NCBI RefSeq assembly: GCF_035084215.1
Contig: NC_090332.1
Location: 27,280,001 to 27,344,000 of the forward strand
Origin: Heptranchias perlo
Lineage: Eukaryota
Direction of reading: 5' to 3'
DNA length: 64,000 nt
Positions within the stretch are counted from its first letter, which is position 1; the number at the start of each line of letters is the position of its first letter. The notes beneath the pieces are model-generated. The model ran no database searches, was not told the origin of the DNA, and worked only from the letters and a program-made list of their open reading frames with translations. The translations under genes and the position numbers were made by a program. Shown here in pieces: positions 52,445 through 64,000 of the stretch.

Positions 52445-53902
52445 TAGAAAAATTGGTTAACAAGTTTATTGCATGAAAGGCCTAAAAAAAATCTTACGGG
52501 CAGGTTTTAAATTGCCCAACATTCAAATCACTACATTTTAATTACCCACAGATCTTGTTCCAACTGTTTGATCTATAAATTAAAATATTGATCTCTTCTA
52601 ATACTACCTTTTAATATTAATATATTACTGGAAGCCAGATATGTAGTGGGACATTCCCACATAAAATTTAGTTAACCATACCTTAACAAATTATTGTTTC
52701 TTCGTATATACAATTCCTGCTTGCAGATTTAAGACCCAAGGTAGGGCTAGCCTAAGGTTAACTTGAATTGCACACTGGTCAGAAGATAGAATTCAGCCCT
52801 CAGCACAAAGGGAACTAGCAAGGTTCGTTGTTAAACGAACTGCTTTAGTGGCAAGTTAGGTTGTGATCATCCTGGAAGATGGCAGGCTCTGTTCCAAAAT
52901 ACTTTTTTCCGTCGTTACGTTATGTTTCTTTGCCACTAACATGGCAACATTAGAAAGAATTACAGGTGTTCATTAAATTCTTTGTAGCAAATACTGATAA
53001 CACTTTCATTAGAATATTCATATGAATATATGGTAAAAGTTACTATACATTACTTCATTAAAATATTCAAATGAATGTAGTTAGATACATTAACTGTATA
53101 ATATTTTTGATTGTCAAACATAACATGTTACACTTCAATTATTGTTTAATAACAAAATCAAAAGGGTCAAGCTGCATTGTATATATATTTTGGGAAAATG
53201 AATTTAAAACCCTTTGAAATTCACAATTGTTTTAAATATTTTTTTTATTTCCTCAGGAGTTTTTCATTATGCTCTTTCTGGTTCAGAAAGTAACATTAAT
53301 CCACATTTACTTCAATTACATTATTTAGTGTTTCTAACAGTTCAAAACTTAAACAGTGTGATTTCTTTTCCACGTATGGAATCATCCAACCATTAACTAC
53401 TTTTACTTTACATTGTTACTTGCTGTCAGTATTTTCAAATTTAAAAACACTTCACTTCTATAAAATAAGGATGCACAGGCAATATTTCTAGACAAACAAC
53501 ATTATTAAAACAATCACAGCTACCTAAGCTAAAATAGTTGCACAAAAATATTTTCAAACTGCATAAAAGTAGACTGCATGATTCTTTACAAAGATAAATG
53601 CTTGACCTCAGCAGAGACATCTAGACATAAAACTGGTTATTTAATCATTCAAGATTAAATGTGTGCGTGAGGCACCGAAAGGAGTCCATACAGCTTATAT
53701 AAAACAATGCTTCGAAAGTCCAAGGAGTCACAGAAATATATATTTGTATGGCTTGTGCCATCTGGTGCATGAGGGCTGCTGCAAATATTGTTGACAAGTC
53801 TCAACTAAGTTTCTTTGCCAGCTTTACTATTTGCTGATCCTAGTCCGGCCATCTCAAAACTTTTTGTGTGCGCCCCACTATACAATTTAACAGTAAGTGG
53901 CT
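52445..53902 (-). other. Probable 3' UTR of the RGG-protein gene
   Basis: Repeat-free AU-rich stretch after the stop codon; minus-strand AATAAA at 52465-52470. Confidence 0.5.
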
Positions 53903-53984
53903 TTAAAAGCGTCTGCCACCTGGCGGTCCAGGCCATCTCTGGCCCCGTCCAGGTGGCGGCGGCGCACCAGGTCCATTGTGAAAG
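53903..53984 (-). CDS. RGG/Pro-rich protein, last coding exon
   Basis: ccttttacacag| acceptor; (G)FHNGPGAPPPPGRGQRWPGPPGGRRF*TAA; phase 2 start. Confidence 0.85.
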
Positions 53985-54283
53985 CTGTGTAAAAGGATAA
54001 AATCACAATTTTTTTTGTTTTATGGCGTACTTATCTTTATTAAAAAATTAAAGTTAGTTATAAAAATCTAACAGTTATACTACTTTTAATTATTTTATAC
54101 ACTAAATAGTCATTTGAAACATTCTTGACATGCAGATTTTTATCGGCTTCCAAAAAAATAACATTACTCACTACATTAAGGGCTAGTTACAAAAATTAGA
54201 TCCAAGCATTTTGTTTAATTTAGAGAAAAAGAATTTACTGCGTTTTGGGAAAATTATCCCACACAACCCTGAACTTCACTTAC

Positions 54284-54403
54284 CCTCTCGGAGGTGGGAA
54301 AACTCCTCTTCGCATGCCTCTACCTCGAATAAAGGGGGGTCTTCCTCTGAAGCGCATTGGTCCTGGAGGAGGAGGAAGATGAGGAGGGCCACCACCCCTA
54401 AAT
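54284..54403 (-). CDS. RGG/Pro-rich protein, coding exon 4
   Basis: gtcttgcag| acceptor and GG|gtaagt donor; 120 nt; (R)FRGGGPPHLPPPPGPMRFRGRPPFIRGRGMRRGVFPPPR. Confidence 0.87.
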
Positions 54404-55099
54404 CTGCAAGACAATTATCAAATGCTAAGACTGAAGAAAGCAAATCAAACACATTTTATTCAAACTAGGACCACGATGAAGGTGAGGTACTAAACTGCTG
54501 AACAAGGTTACATAGGGCTGGCAGGGACAGTTGGAGCCAGAACATGTAGAAAGTCCCAATCTCAGTTGAGGCCTTATAATTAAAATACTAAAATTTTCAT
54601 TATTTAGTAATAGAACAAATTGTATATGTTTTCTGCTAAAATCCCTTGCAAGCCATATACTTGCAATCACCTCACCAAAAAGTTCAAGGACATTGGTATT
54701 ATACATCACAACATTTTGTGCTCCCAACAACTGCTACAGAATGTTTACAAACACAACTAAAAACAGTAAAGGTTCAGTACCTGTTAGAACTGAAACTAGT
54801 GAATTTTCCAATCAATCAATATTCAAGTTAATGTAATCTATTAAATAGTGATATAACTCTACAAAGCTGAGCTTCTCTGTACAGTCGTTTCATGTCTTAC
54901 TAAAATATTCTAAATATACCCCATACTACCCAGTCCTTTATCCAAAAAATCTTTTCCAATAAAAAAAAGCATCTGTTGTCCTCACCAACAGCAAGCAATT
55001 AGCAGAAGGCATTTCATGGAACATCATTATTAACTGAGTATTCTGCAGAGACTATTATAAACATAAAACATTCTTATATATCCTGAATTATTCCCTCTT

Positions 55100-55712
55100 G
55101 TCCAGTCATATAGACTAATGGAATGTTGGCCTTTATCTCAAAGGTTTGGAATACAAAAATGAGGAAATGATGTTTCAGTTGTTCAGAGCTTTGTTCCAAC
55201 CACATATGCAGTGCTGCATTCATTTTTGGGCACTGAACCTTAGGAATGATATATTGGCTTTGAAGGGGGTGCAGCACACGATACCGGGCTTGAAAGGTTA
55301 AATTATGAGGACAGGTTGCAAAAATTTAGTTTGTATTCCCTTGAGTTTAGAAGATTAAGGGGGTAATCTAATTGAGCTAAAATTATAAAGGGATTTGATA
55401 GTTTCTTTGCTTCCAGCCTATGTCCTCTGGGGTGGAGGAATTCAGAATAAGGATGCATAGTCTTAAAATTAGAGCTAGGCCAATTAGGAGTAAAATCAGG
55501 AAGCACTTTTTCCACACAGAGAGCAGTGCAAATCTGGAATTCTCTCCTGCAAAAGGTTGTGGATGCTGGGTCAATTGAAATTCTCAAGACTGAGATCGAT
55601 AAGATTTTGTTAGGTAAGGCTATCAAGGGACATGGAGCAAGGGCAGGTAAATGGAATTGAGCAACATATCAGCCATGATCTAACTGAATGGTGAAACAGG
55701 CTCGAGAGGCTG
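55100..55712 (+). mobile_element. CR1-type 3' fragment
   Basis: Typical CR1 C-terminal and 3' UTR sequence, homologous to 41645-42200. Confidence 0.75.
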
Positions 55713-56387
55713 AAAGAGACAGAATGTTCTGAAGACAATGGGCTAAGTCTCCAGGTGATTGTTCCTGATCTGTGCTTGGTCTTGTCACGCAAATCAAATG
55801 GCGTGGTTTCAAAACAGATCTCGTCTTATTGATCAAATAGTATCATAAAGGTTCAATTTGCCATACACTTTATACAGTTTAAAGTAATTAATTTCAATCT
55901 TACAGCCCTGTACCAACTTATTTCGGAATCCAAGAGAGACTAGTAACACTTCTAAGCCAGTATGTCCAATATTTAGACAAAATATTCAACAAAACAAGGA
56001 TATAAGCAAACAAAACAAGGATATAAGCAAACAAAACAACGGATAAAGTTCTTTCAAGGATGTAGATGGTATGACTGCATACTAAGGTATTTTGCAACTC
56101 TGGGACTTGAGTACAAATTCACTGACTGAATAATCTACGTGAAAGGGTTTGGGTAGTCCATCCCATTCCAGTCAGAAACCTGTAAAGATAGCTGGTGTAA
56201 AAAATGGGAAAAATTCACAACCATAAATGTAGATACTCTTTTGAAGTTTGCATTGAGGCACATCACTGGAAGAGGGCAGTACAAGTATCCAGTTGTTCTG
56301 TAGCTAATCTAGTTGGATTTGATATCAATATTAAGTTCCCAAAATAAAACTTTTATTCCCCAGCACAGACATCTCTCATTGATTTGC

Positions 56388-56890
56388 CAATGTAGGTCAA
56401 CGAGCACAGGAGTGATGGGTGAGCAGGAGCTGGTGTAGGATAGGATTCGGGCTAGGTTTTGGATGAGCTAAAGTTTCTGGAAGCTAGAGGATAGGAAGCC
56501 GGCTAGGAGAGCATTGGAATATCGAGTCTAGAGGTGACAACAACATGGATGAGGGTTTTAGGAGCAGATTGGCAGGGGCGGAGATGGGCAATATTACAGA
56601 AGTGGAAGTAGGCAGTTTTTGTGATGGAGAGGGTATAGGGTCGGAAGCTCAGTTCGGGGTCAAATAGGATGCCGAGGTTGAGAACTGTCGGCTTCAACCC
56701 GAGACAGGGGCCGGGAAAGGGGATGGAATCGGTGGCGAGGGAACAGAGCTTGTGGCAGAGGTCAAAGACAATGGTCTTCCCAATGTTTAATTGGAGGAAA
56801 TTGCAGCTTATCTGGGACTGGACGTCAGACAAGTAGTCTGACCACACAGAGATAGTGGGGGGTCCAGAGAGGTGATGGAGAGGTAGATTT
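56388..56890 (-). mobile_element. L2 fragment
   Basis: NFLQLNIGKT...LNLGILFDPELSF...TLIHVVVTSRLD. Confidence 0.8.
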
Positions 56891-57504
56891 TAGAGTACTT
56901 TCAACCTGCTTGACTTGAGATTGAAATCTAGTTCCATTTGGATTTATGTGGCATTAATAGCATACTTTCATATTCTCTGTTCGTGACAGGGCCATGGCAA
57001 ACCAATCGATCGTTGCTGGTGCCTGACCGGACTTCAGTTTTGCCCTAAAGTTCATTTATCCACTATTTATGGGGTCACCTGTCTGCAATTTCATATTGCT
57101 AATATAGAAAATAGCCTTGCTGCTGGCACTTGTTTATGCCTAAAGAGTAAGCAACAATCAAGCTATTTTGATTTATGCAACTTATTTTGGATGGAGAGAT
57201 GTAATAATTCTAAAGATGCATGAATGGTGCCGCATTCAAAAGAAGAAACCCTTACAATTTAATCGTCTTTGTTGTGTGAAAATTAGAATTCAAAACGCCA
57301 AATTCTGTTAAATGACAGCTTGCAACATCCCATTTTCATCCATTTAATGTCTACCAGCTTTAAAAATTTCAATCCCTCTAGTAATGCAACTTATCAATAA
57401 CTGTTTATGTTGCAAATGTTCCAGTCTAGTCCTTGCACATGATCTGGTTCAGGGGTATCACCAATGTGTTTCCAATTCCCTATCAAATCCTATAAGTCCC
57501 TTAC

Positions 57505-57651
57505 CTTGGCGTGGGAAGGAAAGGCATATCTCCTCGTCCACCAAATGGACATTCCATCCCTCCCCTCATAAGATGTGGTCCATGCCTAGGCGGACCTCTT
57601 CGACCACGGGGATCTGGATATGGACGCATTCTAGTATTTCCCATACCACGT
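57505..57651 (-). CDS. RGG/Pro-rich protein, coding exon 3
   Basis: ctgtttttag| acceptor and AG|gtaagg donor; 147 nt; (R)RGMGNTRMRPYPDPRGRRGPPRHGPHLMRGGMECPFGGRGDMPFLPTP. Confidence 0.88.
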
Positions 57652-58488
57652 CTAAAAACAGAAAACAACATTTTTACTCTCAAATGAGAAAATACAATTC
57701 ATATAAAGTTAATATTTTTAACTGTGATCATAAAATCATTGTCAAAATTAAACCCTCTCAAACACTTTTTTGTGTGAATCAAAGTGAGGGATGTTAGCAC
57801 CAGGAAAATAGAACTTAATGTTCATGCACCCAGTGTCAGCAAACAATCAGTCAGATGCAGACTGAAGCTCCCTCTGTCCACCCCAACAAAATAATATAAA
57901 TTTAAGTATATTACATATTACAATGAAAATAATGGGATGTGTTAAAAGCTTTGGCAGTCAGGATAGAAGGAGTCAAAACATCCTGTAGATCCGGCACAAA
58001 CATGATGGGGCAAATGGCCTCCTTCTGTGCTGTAAGATTCTATTATTCACAATGACACAAACAATGGTTAACTGGGTAAATGCACCACACAGCTTGCCAA
58101 TGAGCCATACAGACCATGCTTGATCCCCGATCTGTGTCGAATTACCCTATCTCAAACACAGCTAGTTGATGGGCGTACATAATTAGCCTTTGTCCCTGGG
58201 TTAGGGTAGAGGGAAAAAAATATTGACTACTGCCCTCCTTTTCTGATCACCATCAATCGACGCTCTGCAAATACACATGTTCGGATTACTGGCTGAGGGC
58301 AAGGTTGACACTGGCTTTGATGGCCCCAAGTCAAATATGCTACCAACACATAACTTTCCATGTTTACCAATGAAGAATAATCACTTGGATAAGCCACTGC
58401 AGGGCTGCTGCTTCTGGAAGTGGACCCCAGATCAAGTGCCCATCTTAAGGATAGGGGGGGAGAAAATTGAGAAAGAAATGAGAAATAC

Positions 58489-58662
58489 CTTGCAGGTCCA
58501 AATCCATTAGCAGCTGCTTGTCCTCGCCCAAATCTGCCAGGTGGTCCACCTCTACTCACTGGTCCTTGGCCCTTAGGCCCTCCAAAAACACCTCTGCTGC
58601 CTCTTCCCCTGCCACCTCTGGCCATTCGCCCGCCTTTTCCTCTTCCTTTAGCTCCACGACCC
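58489..58662 (-). CDS. RGG/Pro-rich protein, coding exon 2
   Basis: tattttgaccag| acceptor and AG|gtattt donor; 174 nt; (R)GRGAKGRGKGGRMARGGRGRGSRG...NGFGPA. Confidence 0.85.
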
Positions 58663-59509
58663 CTGGTCAAAATAGTAGCATTACATTTTACTTCTCTTCA
58701 CTGCATGTTACATTTAGTATAAAAAGGGGCCATAATCCAAACAGCAGAAAATCTTCAGGGTCTTGGACTGTTATTAAGTCCCTCTAGTACAATTGCAAAA
58801 TTGAACTAATTAGTAAGTTATTTTCCCCAACTATCCATCTTGGCATAAGAAGTTAAAACATAAGAAGTATTTTCTCACATCCAAATGTAGTTATTTTCCT
58901 GATTACAGGTCTTAGAAATTGGCCAGCAAACAAATACACAGTTTTGGCCATTTAGTTTAGAAGAAACAAGTATGGAGCTTAAACACCAGCATGGACTCGT
59001 TGGGCTGAATGGCCTGTTTCTATGCTGTATATTCTATGTAATTCTATGTAAGTGATGGATTAATTTAAGGTTCACAGGTATTTTCCAGTAATCAAAATGT
59101 TAAATAAATATGAGACCAGAGACCTCACTTAAGTGAAGAAAGGTTTGTGAAATAAAGTTTTGTTTTCAAAATATCTTAGGATAGCTAACAGTTTGTGAAG
59201 CTCACTATAAATAGTGCTGAAATTTTGGGCTCATTGCATCCCACAAATTATGCATGTCCATGTTATTTCTGATTTGATGACATTTCCTCAAATATCATAA
59301 GCAGGTTTGCAACATCCCACCCACAAGAACGTTTTATATGAAGTACAACTAGTTCATGAACTAAACTCCCCAAACATGAATTTGTAAGTAATAAGAGTGA
59401 TTCCAAGGCAAACACCTGATTGAGTGGATGATATTAAACCAAAGGAGAGAGCTCACGGGGCTTATAATAGTCATTAGATGATATTATAGCCCTAAAATCC
59501 AAGTTTTTG

Positions 59510-59700
59510 AAATGTGCGCAATGCACTTCAGAGGCTGCAGCAATTCAGATTGAAGCCTTTACTGCAACCTCACTGGCCCCAAATATAGACACTAATGCTA
59601 TTATTGCACAACATCACTGGATCATCCAAGTTGATCATGGATTAATCCATAGGTCAACTTGTAGAATCAGTCACCTGGTTTCAGTTGATTACCTGCAAAT
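59510..59700 (-). ncRNA. Candidate intronic H/ACA-type RNA (family not recognised)
   Basis: Hairpin, then AUAGCA (59601-59596), hairpin, then ACA (59515-59513) followed by UUU; the 13-bp stem has two G-U pairs only on the minus strand. Confidence 0.45.
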
Positions 59701-59873
59701 TACATGATCCCTACGTGTTTTTATATAATTTCATTGCTCAACATACTTCTCAACCTGTTATGTGTCAAGGCTTTTTTTTGCCTTATTTTGAATGAACCTT
59801 TACCATTTTTCATTTTATCAACCCACTATTTACATCAAGATGTCCAAGACCATATATCAACACATTAGCTTAC

Positions 59874-59914
59874 CTAATTTCGTCACTGCCACCAGTCTGT
59901 TCATCATAATCCAT
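59874..59914 (-). CDS. RGG/Pro-rich protein, probable first coding exon
   Basis: gatttacag|ATG and AG|gtaagc; 41 nt, MDYDEQTGGSDEI, phase 2 matches the next exon; an upstream coding exon cannot be excluded. Confidence 0.7.
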
Positions 59915-59969
59915 CTGTAAATCAAAATTTAAAAAAAAATTCAAGTTGCTTTGCTTAGTACATCTCACT

Positions 59970-62170
59970 AAAGTCGATGAACCTCCAACTGAGCCTCATC
60001 ACAAACTTTGGCTCTTTCTAGCCTTATACCTGCAGTTATGAGAGCAGTGTCCCAGCTTCTTACCATCCAACTCCCCCCCCCCCCCCAACTTCCACTTTTC
60101 AGTTCCATGATCAGTAGTATCATCAGCTGAGCTCTATCCTCTGACTCAGTCCCACGTCTTTCAAAACCGCTATCAACCACCCCCTCAAAAAACCCTGATC
60201 TCAACCACTCCATTCTCTCCAGCTACTGCTGATCTCTAACTTTCCCTTTCTCTCTAAAGTCCTGGAACATATTGTTGCATTGCAACTATGCTCCCACCCT
60301 GACTACTTCCTGTTCAAAGCCCTTTATGTTTCCGTCCCACTCCGTACAGAAACCATACTTGTCAAAAGTCACCAACGTCCTATGTGATTGTGACCAATGC
60401 TGACTGCCCCATCTCAACCGCCCCACTACCTTCAACATTGTCAATCCACTCCATTTTCGTAGATTGTCTCTTCTCCACAGTTCATGCAGCACTGCTCTTT
60501 GCTGGTTACATTCCTAACTGTCATACCATAGACGTTACATTGCCTCAACTGGCTTCTCCTTACATGCCTGCAAAATTGTTTCTGGTGTATCCCAGTCTTG
60601 GCTCTCTCATCGTCATTTATAAGCTACCCTTTGGTAATATTATCCAGAAGCATGGGATCAGCTTTCACGCGTTTGCTGATGACACCCACTCTACCATGCC
60701 AACTCCACTTCATCGGCTGTCCCTGTCCCTAATTTCCTCCATTCCAGGATGGTAGAAGGCAACTTAGATGGACAGAGAATCTGGCAGAATACGGGCAGTT
60801 GAGTGTTAAACAAGCTGCATTAGATCAATGGTGGAGGATGGGAAGCAGCAAATAGACATTTGAAAAATGGAGTCTAAATGATAAGAGTTTCAGTGGTGCT
60901 GGGGCTGAGAGAGGGGCAGAGGAAGGCAATGTTGCAAAGGTGGAAATAAAGTGGTCTTAGTGATGGATAGGATGTGTCTTTGAAGCTCAGCTTTGAGTTG
61001 AATAGGACGCCGTGTAGTTGACACTTAATGCCCGTAGGGCAACTAGGGATGGGCAATGAATACTGCCTTTAATTGTCAGGTGTGGCTCAATGGTAGCAGT
61101 CATGCCCAAGTCAGAAATTTGTGGGTTCAAGCCCCACTCCACAGATTTGAGCACATAATGTACGCTGACACTTCAGTGTAGTACCAAGCAGTATTATTAT
61201 AAAGGAGGAGTTGCACTGTCAAAGGTGGCAACTTTCGGATGAGACATTAAACTAGGGCCTAGACTGCCCTCTCACATGGACATTCGAAAAGCAGGGGAGT
61301 TCATGTGGTGTCCTGGTCAACGTTTATCCCTCAACCAACATCATTAAAAAAACAAATTGCCTGGATAGTTATCTCATTTTTGTTTATGGGATCTTGCTGT
61401 GCACAAATTAGCTTCCACGTTTCCCTACATTACAGCAGTGGCTACAGTTCAAAAAGTGTTTAATTGGCCATAAAGTGCTTTGGGACATCGGGAAGTCTTG
61501 AAAGGCATTATATAAATGCAAATTCTTTATTTCAATGGAGGTTGGCGGCATGACTGCATCAAGTGCTGCAGAGAGATTGATGAAGTCAAGGAGGGATCAT
61601 GAATCATAGTCACAGACGATGTCATTGTGGTCTTGATCCTGTGAGCATGGCAGAAGCTGGACTGTGAGGATACAAACAAGCAGTTTTTGGAGAGTGGGGC
61701 ACAGAGCTGGGTGGCGACAATTTGTCTGATGACCTCAGACAGGAAGGGGAGGTTAGAGATGGGGCGGTATTTAAAGAGGATGGATGGTTTGAGGAGGAGT
61801 GTTTATGGCAGTGAAGAAAGGAACCGCTATGAGCAAATGGCACCATTAACAATGTCAGCTAACAAGGGGACCAGGAAAGGTGGCTGACTGTGGTTAGGAG
61901 TTAAGTGGGGAGGGAATTGAAGGAGCAGTAGGTGGTCTCGTGGAAGACATGAGTCTAGAGAGAGTGCAGAGGGGTGGTAATGGGAGAGAATCTATCGTCT
62001 AACAGGGTTTGAAGCTAGAGTGGGTATGGGACTGGAGAGGAAGGGGAGTTCATGTCAGAAGCAGCTGCATACCATTTTCAATCTGAGGCCAGAAATCCAC
62101 AAGCTCATCACATTTGGTATCTTGAGGTTAGGATGGAGCAAAAGAGTTTGAGGCAGTCAGTCAAGGAGAA
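59970..62170. mobile_element. Cluster of old L2 fragments in both orientations
   Basis: KHGISFHAFADDT (+, near 60670), GVLFNSKLSF (-, near 60990) and further minus-strand RT remnants at 61540-62170. Confidence 0.7.
61075..61530 (+). mobile_element. DeuSINE-like SINE, near full length
   Basis: TGGCTCAATGG (A box), GGTTCAAGCCC (B box), CTTTCGGATGAGACATTAAAC core, L2-like tail. Confidence 0.8.
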
Positions 62171-62177
62171 ATGGAGA

Positions 62178-62542
62178 CATAGATATAGAGTCATAGAGTT
62201 ATACAGCACGGAGAGAGGCCCTTCGACCCATCGTGTCCGCGCCGGCCATCAGCCCTGTCTACTCTAATCCCATATTCCAGCATTTGGTCCGTAGCCTTGT
62301 ATGCTATGGCATTTCAAGTGCTCATCGAAATGCTTCTTGAATGTTGTGAGGGTTCCTGCCTCCACAACCCTTTCAGGCAGTGAGTTCCAGACTCCAACCA
62401 CCCTCTGGGTGAAAAAGTTCTTTCTCAAATCCCCTCTAAACCTCCCGCCTTTTACCTTGAATCTATGTCCCCTTGTTATAGAACCCTCAACGAAGGGAAA
62501 AAGCTCCTTAGTATCCAACGAAGGGAAAAAGCTCCTTAGTAT
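62178..62542 (-). mobile_element. Young CR1-type 3' fragment with a 27-bp tandem duplication at its 5' truncation
   Basis: ELFPFVEGSITRGHRFKVKGGRFRGDLRKNFFTQRVV; CAACGAAGGGAAAAAGCTCCTTAGTAT twice (62488, 62516). Confidence 0.85.
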
Positions 62543-63479
62543 AATTGATTTTGAAAGATCACTGAAAAGTAGAACTTTTGATTTTATGGAATCACTTTTA
62601 AGTTTGTCTCATAAATATATAAAGCCACTTTATTATAAAGGTTTGCCAAACAAGTAAATGGAGTGAAAAACAAAACTTTGAGTGCTTTCTGAATCACTGC
62701 CTTGATTTACAGGAGCCGCTATCCAATTTTTCTCTTTGATCAATCTCTGGGTTTGAGGAAAGGGAGTGACAAATAAACGAAATCTAGGACCAGCATCACA
62801 GACCAATCCTGAGAAAGTCTAACTCTAGGTTATCGATAATAATCCACTTATGTTTAAAAGAAAACGTGAAAGGATTATTTGGTGTATACCAGATTGTAAA
62901 GCCAGGGATGTTGTATAAAGGACACATTGCGAGAGAAGGAATCAGGTTGAAGTCACTCGCGCAGTGAGGGGAAAAGAGAAACATAACTCACTGCTACTGT
63001 CCTGACACTTGTACAATTCAATAAAATAAACGGGACTGTTAAAGCACAGGTTCTTAATACAATCGCTCTGCTTTCTTGTTAAGATCATCAATTGGTGTAT
63101 TCTTCTAAATGAAGAGTATTTCACATTTATAGCGTATTATTTTACTGATATTTACAGAAGGCCCGTTTTTTTTTAAACATTGTCAAGCATAAGAAAAGTT
63201 TGTCTGAAACCCCTTCGGGATAGAGAACAGTCAGTGAGACCCCAACTCAAGACAAAGAACCCGGCTCAAACAACCTCAGCCGCGGCTAGAAATCCCCGCC
63301 CCATTCGGATAGCGGCGTAAAAAATGAGAAATGCGCGCCCGATTGCATACTTGCCTCCACTGTGCAGGTGGGATTAAAGATAAAAGGCGCGCTCTTTACT
63401 TTTTTTTAAAGCTCCCTCGAGCCAAACCACACGCGGTTTATAAACGGTTTTTAATTTTCCAAAGAAAATCCCGTGAAGC

Positions 63480-63815
63480 AAACTAACGGTAACCGCTGAC
63501 CACAAAATGGCGAGTTACATCGCGACTCAACCAAACTTCACTCTCCGAATTCTGGCGATCTGATTGATGGTTCGCTTTCCAATCGTTAACGCCTCCTCTC
63601 AAAGAAGGTCTTTGATTGGGCGCTGTCTACGTCAATCAGATTTCTCCGCCATCTCTTTAGGCAGAATTGATCAAGTTAGGGTTTAAGGGAAGCGAGTGAA
63701 CCAATCGAATGAGGCCATATTGGGAGGTTGCAGTAGGCTCGCCACCGGAAACTGTCCAATCGAATCCAAAGCAAGCGCGTGCTCTCAGCCAGTAGAAGTG
63801 TCGCGCGGAGCGGTA
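63480..63815. promoter_or_regulatory. Probable bidirectional CpG-rich promoter (UTP25 and the RGG-protein gene)
   Basis: CCAAT at 63579, 63701, 63756; ATTGG at 63615, 63719; YY1 AAAATGGCG at 63504-63512; ETS CCGGAA at 63745. Confidence 0.75.
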
Positions 63816-63925
63816 ATGGGGAAAAGGAAAAGTAGCGCAAGGTCTCGGGAGATTGGGAACAACTTAACCAAGAAACAGAAAAAACATCTCCGGGAGTTCG
63901 GGGAGGAACACCCCTTTCATGATAA
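63816..63925 (+). CDS. UTP25: UTP25/DIEXF (U3 snoRNA-associated protein 25) coding exon 1
   Basis: [36 protein letters not shown], then AA|gtgagt; [17 protein letters not shown] is the vertebrate UTP25 N-terminus. Confidence 0.93.
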
Positions 63926-64000
63926 GTGAGTGTATCTGCCGTTACCTTGAACGGCACTTCCCTACCTGTCTCTTGGACCAAGCTTTTGGCCGCCTCTCTT

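Noticed and set aside
55988-56040. CAAAACAAGGATATAAGCAAA tandem duplication
   Set aside because: Simple slippage duplication in an intron
58227-58488. In-frame ORF continuation and strong acceptor-like tract just after RGG exon 2
   Set aside because: The composition changes abruptly, and the tract resembles the tail of a dispersed repeat also seen near 3000 and 13490
59675-59692. 18-nt poison microexon (cag|GTAATC...CCAG|gtgact) in the RGG gene
   Set aside because: The acceptor lacks a polypyrimidine tract, and the segment is better explained as part of the hairpin candidate
63696-63815. N-terminal extension of UTP25 in the ORF track
   Set aside because: It starts at GTG within promoter motifs; homology begins at the ATG at 63816

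Overview
This is vertebrate genomic DNA, most likely a cartilaginous fish (inferred from the CR1/L2 LINE, DeuSINE-like SINE and Penelope-like repeat content), with no bacterial features. Four genes can be reconstructed by hand from splice sites. (1) The last three coding exons and 3' UTR of TRERF1 (+). (2) A complete 7-exon MRPS10 (+, 203 aa) with one GC-AG intron. (3) An unrecognised gene (-) whose five coding exons encode a ~187-aa Arg/Gly/Pro-rich RGG-type protein with a PY-NLS-like motif. (4) The first coding exon of UTP25/DIEXF (+), head-to-head with gene 3 across a CCAAT/YY1/ETS promoter. Most ORF-track entries are decayed LINE fragments or their antisense frames. The signals most worth following up are the RGG protein gene, a candidate H/ACA-type RNA in one of its introns, and young Penelope-like insertions carrying hammerhead ribozyme motifs (one forms a perfect 83-bp-arm palindrome). 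Repeat boundaries are approximate; exon boundaries were counted by hand.
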